DNA from: Minisyncoccota bacterium
Lineage (GTDB): Bacteria > Patescibacteriota > Minisyncoccia > Phycocordibacterales > UBA9973
NCBI GenBank assembly: GCA_031413715.1
Contig: JANOFO010000007.1
Location: forward strand, 90,338-154,337
Reading direction: 5' to 3'
Length of the DNA: 64,000 bases
Position numbers and translations under genes: made by a program
Notes under the pieces: generated by a model
The model's input: the letters and a program-made list of their open reading frames with translations, nothing else
Databases searched by the model: none
Told to the model about the DNA's origin: nothing
Shown: positions 59,347 to 64,000 of the stretch, piece after piece
Position numbering within the stretch: the stretch's first letter is position 1
Layout of the letters: every line of letters begins with the position of its first letter

Positions 59347-61653
59347 ATGCCCAATAATATTCATAGCCAAACCTACAGAGTAAAAGGAATGCACTGCGCT
59401 TCGTGCTCCTCGATCATCGAGAAGACCTTTAAGAAAGTAGAGGGTGTGCAATCCGCAGAGGTAAACTACGGCACAGAGAAAGCCAAAGTATCTTTTGATC
59501 CGTCAAAGACGAATCCTCACGACCTTTCAAAGCATATCGAGCCCCTTGGTTACTCACTAGAAGTTCCTTCCACTGCCGAGGAAATGGGAATGTCTGAAAG
59601 CGAGCATGCTGGACACCTAGGTCTCAATCAATCAAAAAAAGAAAAGCTTGCCGAGGTCGCTGATATGCGGACAAAGGTAATGACGGCTATCCCTCTCGCT
59701 ATTTTCAGCATCATCGTCATGGGCTGGGATATCTTTGCTCAATTTGGAATCTTTTCCGCAATGTCTACAGTTGTGTCTGAGTTCGTCCATCACCTTTTAC
59801 CGATCTTTGCGACATACGTACTCTTTGTGGTCGGCAAGCCCTACCTTTTAGGTTTCTATCGCTTCTTGCGTTACGGCAAAGCAAACATGGATACACTCAT
59901 CGGTATCGGTACGTCAATCGCATTTCTATACAGCTTTATCATCACCGCTTTTGAAGAACCGCTCCGCCAGTTTATAAATGTTGAGCATACATATTACGAC
60001 GTTACCATCGTAGTGATAGCTTTTATTACTCTCGGCAAATATCTCGAAGCGAAGGCAAAAATTAAAACCGGAGACGCTATAGAGAAACTACTTAATCTCC
60101 AAGCTAAGACAGCCATCGTCATCCGAGACGGCAAAGAGCAGGAAGTACCTATCAATCAGGTTGTTCATGGCGACAGTATTGTGGTCAAGCCAGGTACTCG
60201 CGTTCCGGTAGACGGGACCGTGTCTGAGGGCTCGTCATTTGTAGATGAATCAATGGTTACCGGAGAGTCCATGCCAATTGAGAAAAATGTCGGCGATCTT
60301 GTTGTGGCCGGTACGATCAATACGACTGGATCATTTGTATTTAAAGCAACAAAGGTTGGATCGGAGACACTGCTTGCCCACATCATCAAAATGGTTGAGG
60401 ACGCGCAAGGCAGTCGTGCTCCGATTCAAGCACTGGCTGATAAAATTTCGGCTGTATTCGTTCCGATTGTCTTAGTCCTCGCTTTTGTGGCACTAGGTGC
60501 GTGGCTTCTTTTAGGCACGTCTACGCTCGGTTTCTCTCAAGCTCTTTCGTACGGACTTACTTCGTTCGTTGGCATTCTGGTCATCGCATGTCCGTGTGCG
60601 CTTGGGCTTGCGACACCGACGGCGATTATTGTTGGTGTCGGTAAGGGGGCGAAAGAAGGAATTTTAATTAAGGACGCCGCGACTCTTGAAAAGCTTCATA
60701 AGGTCAATACGGTTGTGGTAGACAAGACCGGCACGATCACTAAAGGCAAGCCGGAACTTGTCAGTGTGCAGAATCTATCAACATTACCGGAAGAAAAACT
60801 CATCTCTATTCTTGCAACGCTTGAAGCCAAATCCGAACATCCTATTGCTCATGCCGTACTAGAATATGCGAAGACAAAAAATATTCCTCACATGTCAGCT
60901 TCTGGTTTCGAGATTATCAAAGGAAAAGGGGTAAAAGCCGTTATTGAAAACACCGAATACTTTGCTGGAAATACAAAACTCATTTCTGATCTCAAACTAT
61001 CTTTTGATCTAAATAAAATTGAGGCGGAAACCTTACAGGGCAAGACTCCGGTGATCCTTGCTACAAATGAGGTGGTGCTGGGTGTGGTTATGGTGGCAGA
61101 TGCTATCAAACCAGAGGCTGTTGAAGCGGTAAAAAGTCTGCACAAGCTTGGCATAAAAGTCATTATGCTAACCGGTGATCACAAAAACACCGCTCAGGCA
61201 ATCGCTAAAGAAGTCGGGATAGACGATGTGGTGGCCGAAGTGCTTCCGGAGGATAAGCTCAATAAAATCAAAGAGTTGCAGAGTCAGGGTCGTATCGTTG
61301 CTATGGCTGGTGACGGCATCAATGACGCCCCAGCACTTGCTCAAGCCGATGTGGGTATTGCTATGGGGACCGGCACGGACGTGGCTATCGAGACTGCTGG
61401 CATCACACTTTTACACGGTGATATCTCCAAGTTGGTAAAAGCCGTTCGCTTGTCCAAGCTCACTATGCGAGGAATAAAACAAAATCTTTTTTGGGCTTTT
61501 ATCTATAACATCATTGGTATTCCACTTGCCGGAGGATTATTTTTCCCGATTTTTGGTTGGCTCTTGAATCCAATATTTGCAGGGCTTGCGATGGCATTCT
61601 CAAGCGTTTCGGTGGTCGGCAACTCATTACGACTTAAGGCAATGAAAATATAA
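59347..61653 (+). CDS. copA: copper-translocating P1B-type ATPase
   Basis: N-terminal HMA GMHCASCSSI, TM CPC motif CPCALGLATP, DKTGTIT phosphorylation site and GDGINDAPAL. Confidence 0.95.
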   Translation: MPNNIHSQTYRVKGMHCASCSSIIEKTFKKVEGVQSAEVNYGTEKAKVSFDPSKTNPHDLSKHIEPLGYSLEVPSTAEEMGMSESEHAGHLGLNQSKKEKLAEVADMRTKVMTAIPLAIFSIIVMGWDIFAQFGIFSAMSTVVSEFVHHLLPIFATYVLFVVGKPYLLGFYRFLRYGKANMDTLIGIGTSIAFLYSFIITAFEEPLRQFINVEHTYYDVTIVVIAFITLGKYLEAKAKIKTGDAIEKLLNLQAKTAIVIRDGKEQEVPINQVVHGDSIVVKPGTRVPVDGTVSEGSSFVDESMVTGESMPIEKNVGDLVVAGTINTTGSFVFKATKVGSETLLAHIIKMVEDAQGSRAPIQALADKISAVFVPIVLVLAFVALGAWLLLGTSTLGFSQALSYGLTSFVGILVIACPCALGLATPTAIIVGVGKGAKEGILIKDAATLEKLHKVNTVVVDKTGTITKGKPELVSVQNLSTLPEEKLISILATLEAKSEHPIAHAVLEYAKTKNIPHMSASGFEIIKGKGVKAVIENTEYFAGNTKLISDLKLSFDLNKIEAETLQGKTPVILATNEVVLGVVMVADAIKPEAVEAVKSLHKLGIKVIMLTGDHKNTAQAIAKEVGIDDVVAEVLPEDKLNKIKELQSQGRIVAMAGDGINDAPALAQADVGIAMGTGTDVAIETAGITLLHGDISKLVKAVRLSKLTMRGIKQNLFWAFIYNIIGIPLAGGLFFPIFGWLLNPIFAGLAMAFSSVSVVGNSLRLKAMKI

Positions 61654-61655
61654 CT

Positions 61656-62669
61656 ATGAAAACCTACACATTCCATGTCACTGGTACCCACTGTGCATCA
61701 TGCAAAATCTTAATCGAGGATGTTTTAAGTGAGCAATCTTTTATTAAGAGCTCGCAGGTTAACTTGAAAAAGGAAACGGTCACTATCGAGATCGAGAGCG
61801 AACAAAGTGCCGAAGAAGTGGCGCAACTACTGACAGGTAAAATAAAACCCAACGGCTACACACTTTCAGTTAAAAAAGTGATTCAGGAAAAGAAATCTGA
61901 CGATGTTATCTGGAAAGCAATCCCAATCGGTCTTATATTCTTGATACTATTTTTTATATTGCAAAAGTCAGGCATTCTTAATCTCGGTATAGGCGGCACC
62001 ACAACACCGGCGACAAGCTTTATTATCGGCCTCATCGCATCGGTGTCGAGCTGTCTTGCGATAGTTGGCGGTCTGATCCTTTCGCTCTCTGCGAAAGTCG
62101 CGCAGGACGAAAGCACCAAGACCAGTAAAAAGCAGTTTATCCTATTCCACGGCGGTAGACTGTTTGGCTTCGCAGTACTCGGTGGTGTATTGGGTCTCGT
62201 CGGGCAAGCGATCGGTATCAGCTTCACCTTTTCTGCGATCCTTGGCCTCATTGCATCGAGCGTGATGATACTGCTCGGTCTCAATCTGGTGGGCGTTATC
62301 AAGAAAAATAAGGTCTCTCTGCCAACCGGCATATTCGCGTATTTTAGAAAAATAGAACATTCGACCTTTGCTCCGATCCTCATCGGTATTGGCACGTTCT
62401 TCTTGCCGTGCGGATTCACTCAAGCGATGCAGGTCGCCGCGCTTTCAAGCGGATCATTCGTGTCCGGACTCCTGATCATGCTTTCGTTTGCGCTCGGTAC
62501 GCTCCCAATGCTCGCGCTCCTTTCATTCGGATCGGTGTCATTCGCTCACTCGAAGCACGCGCCACTGTTTTTCAAATCAGCCGGTATTGTTGTGATCGGA
62601 CTCGGAATCTTTGCACTCCTTGCAGGTCTTGCCGGACTTGGAATCATCCGTCCTTTATTTAACATTTAA
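61656..62669 (+). CDS. HMA-domain protein fused to a polytopic membrane domain (putative metal permease, TauE/SafE- or CcdA-like)
   Basis: N-terminal HVTGTHCASCKILIE HMA motif, then more than six hydrophobic helices with SSCLA and LPCGF Cys motifs. Confidence 0.5.
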   Translation: MKTYTFHVTGTHCASCKILIEDVLSEQSFIKSSQVNLKKETVTIEIESEQSAEEVAQLLTGKIKPNGYTLSVKKVIQEKKSDDVIWKAIPIGLIFLILFFILQKSGILNLGIGGTTTPATSFIIGLIASVSSCLAIVGGLILSLSAKVAQDESTKTSKKQFILFHGGRLFGFAVLGGVLGLVGQAIGISFTFSAILGLIASSVMILLGLNLVGVIKKNKVSLPTGIFAYFRKIEHSTFAPILIGIGTFFLPCGFTQAMQVAALSSGSFVSGLLIMLSFALGTLPMLALLSFGSVSFAHSKHAPLFFKSAGIVVIGLGIFALLAGLAGLGIIRPLFNI

Positions 62670-62689
62670 CTTTTTGATATAATAAGCTT

Positions 62690-63094
62690 ATGAACAAAAC
62701 CGCCTCAATCATCATCACAATCGCCCTCGTTGTCGGTATCGGCATTGTCTTTCTTGGCGGTTCAAAATCAAATAACAATACTTCTGCTGTTTCTAGCCAA
62801 CCTACATCAAACGTCGAGATAAAAGGCGGCGTTCAATACGTAACGATTGATGCGAAAGCCGGTTATGCTCCAAAAGTATCAACGGCGAAAGCTGGCATTC
62901 CAACCAAGCTCGTTGTAAAAACGAACGGCACCTATGACTGCTCGGCTTCTTTGGCGATTCGGTCAATCGGATATCAAAAAATACTGCCGCAAACGGGAGA
63001 AGAAACAATCGACATTGGCACTCCGAAAGCCGGAGAGCCATTACAGGGAGTGTGTGGTATGGGAATGTATAACTTTTTGATTAATTTTAGTTAG
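62690..63094 (+). CDS. membrane-anchored cupredoxin-like copper-binding protein
   Basis: N-terminal TM anchor and C-terminal ...GTYDCSAS...GVCGMGMYNF, resembling the Cys...(H/C).M.M ligand pattern of cupredoxins. Confidence 0.45.
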   Translation: MNKTASIIITIALVVGIGIVFLGGSKSNNNTSAVSSQPTSNVEIKGGVQYVTIDAKAGYAPKVSTAKAGIPTKLVVKTNGTYDCSASLAIRSIGYQKILPQTGEETIDIGTPKAGEPLQGVCGMGMYNFLINFS

Positions 63095-63376
63095 ACTAAA
63101 CCAGTCATATTTGCTTAATGTTTCAAAAGTTAAGCAAATCGTCCCATGCGCTCAAATTTGGTTTTACGGCTCATCAGTGTCGCAATTGGTGCAAAGCTCT
63201 TACTCTCGACACAAAGCTCGCCACAGGGGCAAACAGCTGGGGAATCAGGGGTTACAGGTTCTCGTACTTGGCCAGCAATCCTTTCATCTGGTCTAAAACC
63301 ACGGTAGGATATTTGTACTCCTCCGCCCAGTCAAAAGTTCGAAAATCGTTGAGCAGGGCGAGCTCGTAAAAATCTT

Positions 63377-63410
63377 AAGTCCCCCATCTGGGGGCTTTTG
63401 ATTTTTTGAG
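63377..63410. terminator. rho-independent terminator-like hairpin (bidirectional)
   Basis: aagtccccc atct gggggcttt followed by ttgattttttg, with an A-run on the 5' side. Confidence 0.45.
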
Positions 63411-63505
63411 CTCCGGAGAGAAAGCAAACTGCTTTGCTTTCGTGCAGGGAGCGAAAGATTGGTGCTGTTTTGTTTACAAAACCACCAATTCACGCGCTGT
63501 AGGCG

Positions 63506-63525
63506 AGATCTCCTGCCTCCGGAGC
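63506..63525 (+). repeat. direct repeat of the tRNA-Asn 3' end (candidate attR of island 2)
   Basis: gatctcctgcctccggagc here versus gatccctgcctccggagc at 45105..45123; 14 nt identical plus flanks with one single-base indel. Confidence 0.45.
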
Positions 63526-63635
63526 AAAATTTTTAGCCCCGCCCGAACGACTGTTCAGTCGGGCTGGCATATATTTCAATGGTTATTTTTTCTACCTTCT
63601 TAGGAAGTTCGAACCTAGTTTGTTATAATTCAATA

Positions 63636-64000
63636 ATGGACAAAGTACCAGGACAAAATAGAAAACCATACCTAATAAAATTTGAACAAACAGATAAAGG
63701 TAAAGAAGGTTTACTAGAAGCAGAACTTATATCAGGAGAAAAAATTACACTCAAATTCTCCTCTCGCTTCCAAGGGAAAATAGAATTGCTCAAAAAAGCA
63801 TTATCTGCAAAAAATTACGAGGATTTATATACTGCTATATCAAGGATTCCATCAAATGAAATGGAAGAACTCACTAACGATGAAATTGTTTATTTTATAG
63901 AAAATAACCCTGAGGGTTACACTTTAGACGATTACAAAAAGTCATATCCGGAAGGAGGTCTAAAAACTGAAAATAATCCAATCGGTGTTGAATACACTTT
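63636..64000 (+). CDS. hypothetical protein, 5' partial view (continues beyond the window)
   Basis: Open frame from the ATG at 63636 (MDKVPGQNRKPYLIKFEQTDKGKEGLL...) runs uninterrupted to the window end. It is absent from the ORF track, presumably because no stop codon is reached. Confidence 0.35.
   Translation, partial: MDKVPGQNRKPYLIKFEQTDKGKEGLLEAELISGEKITLKFSSRFQGKIELLKKALSAKNYEDLYTAISRIPSNEMEELTNDEIVYFIENNPEGYTLDDYKKSYPEGGLKTENNPIGVEYT

Larger units (their letters stand above)
45084..63525. mobile_element. putative integrated genomic island (about 18.4 kb) at tRNA-Asn, carrying defence and copper-resistance cargo
   Basis: The recombinase overlaps the tRNA-Asn 3' end on the left. cctgcctccggagc from the tRNA 3' end (45110..45123) recurs at 63512..63525 inside a roughly 19-bp imperfect direct repeat. 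GC content is visibly higher than in the backbone. Confidence 0.5.

Noticed and set aside
63293-63493. 66-aa minus ORF, and an alternative minus frame encoding ...DFRTFDWAEEYKYPTVVLDQMKGLLAKYENL
   Set aside because: The first is low-complexity and sits over terminator and att-like structures. The second looks protein-like but is closed by an in-frame stop after about 40 codons with no plausible start; it may be a gene remnant.
63410-63540. Possible SRP (4.5S) RNA, based on faint resemblance to CUGUUUAC / CCGGA...GCAG...GCGUG elements
   Set aside because: The universally conserved helix-8 GGAA tetraloop and AGCAG motifs cannot be identified on either strand, so the resemblance is too weak to call.
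1-64000. CRISPR arrays
   Set aside because: No run of regularly spaced identical short repeats is seen. The only repeat arrays are the degenerate 45 to 50 bp iteron-like units at 22.2 kb and the coding repeats in surface proteins.

Overview
The window looks like a compact, AT-leaning bacterial chromosome segment with densely packed housekeeping genes. Identified genes include mltG, typA, rseP, frr, holB-like, mreB, a priA-like gene, rpsU, ybeY, ftsA, ftsZ, trxB, gyrA, an S1-domain protein, pth, lepB, hisS, def, fmt and hpf, plus four tRNAs. The gene content and compactness are compatible with a small-genome Patescibacteria/CPR-like lineage, but that is inference only. Two integrated elements interrupt this backbone. 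Each carries a large serine recombinase whose 3' end reads into the 3' half of a tRNA gene (tRNA-Glu at about 18.6 kb, tRNA-Asn at about 45.1 kb). Element 1 (about 18.6 to 25.2 kb) is AT-rich. It carries an OLD/PARIS-like ABC-ATPase with a TOPRIM-like C-terminus, preceded by an array of about six degenerate iteron-like repeats. Element 2 (about 45.1 to 63.5 kb) is closed by a roughly 19-bp direct repeat of the tRNA-Asn 3' end at about 63506..63525. It carries phage-like genes, an AbiEi/AbiEii pair, a Type III R-M operon translationally coupled to a DUF4263 (Shedu-like) nuclease, a large FN3-repeat surface protein with peptidoglycan-binding domains, and a csoR-copA-HMA-cupredoxin copper cluster. 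Between the elements lies a tandem array of five paralogous genes sharing a two-helix TrbC/VirB2-like pilin module fused to variable Thr/Pro/Asn-rich segments. The PriA homologue appears to have lost its Walker A, DEXH and motif VI helicase signatures. A perfect 27-bp inverted repeat sits between ftsZ and trxB. All calls come from reading the sequence and recalling motifs; no database searches were run.
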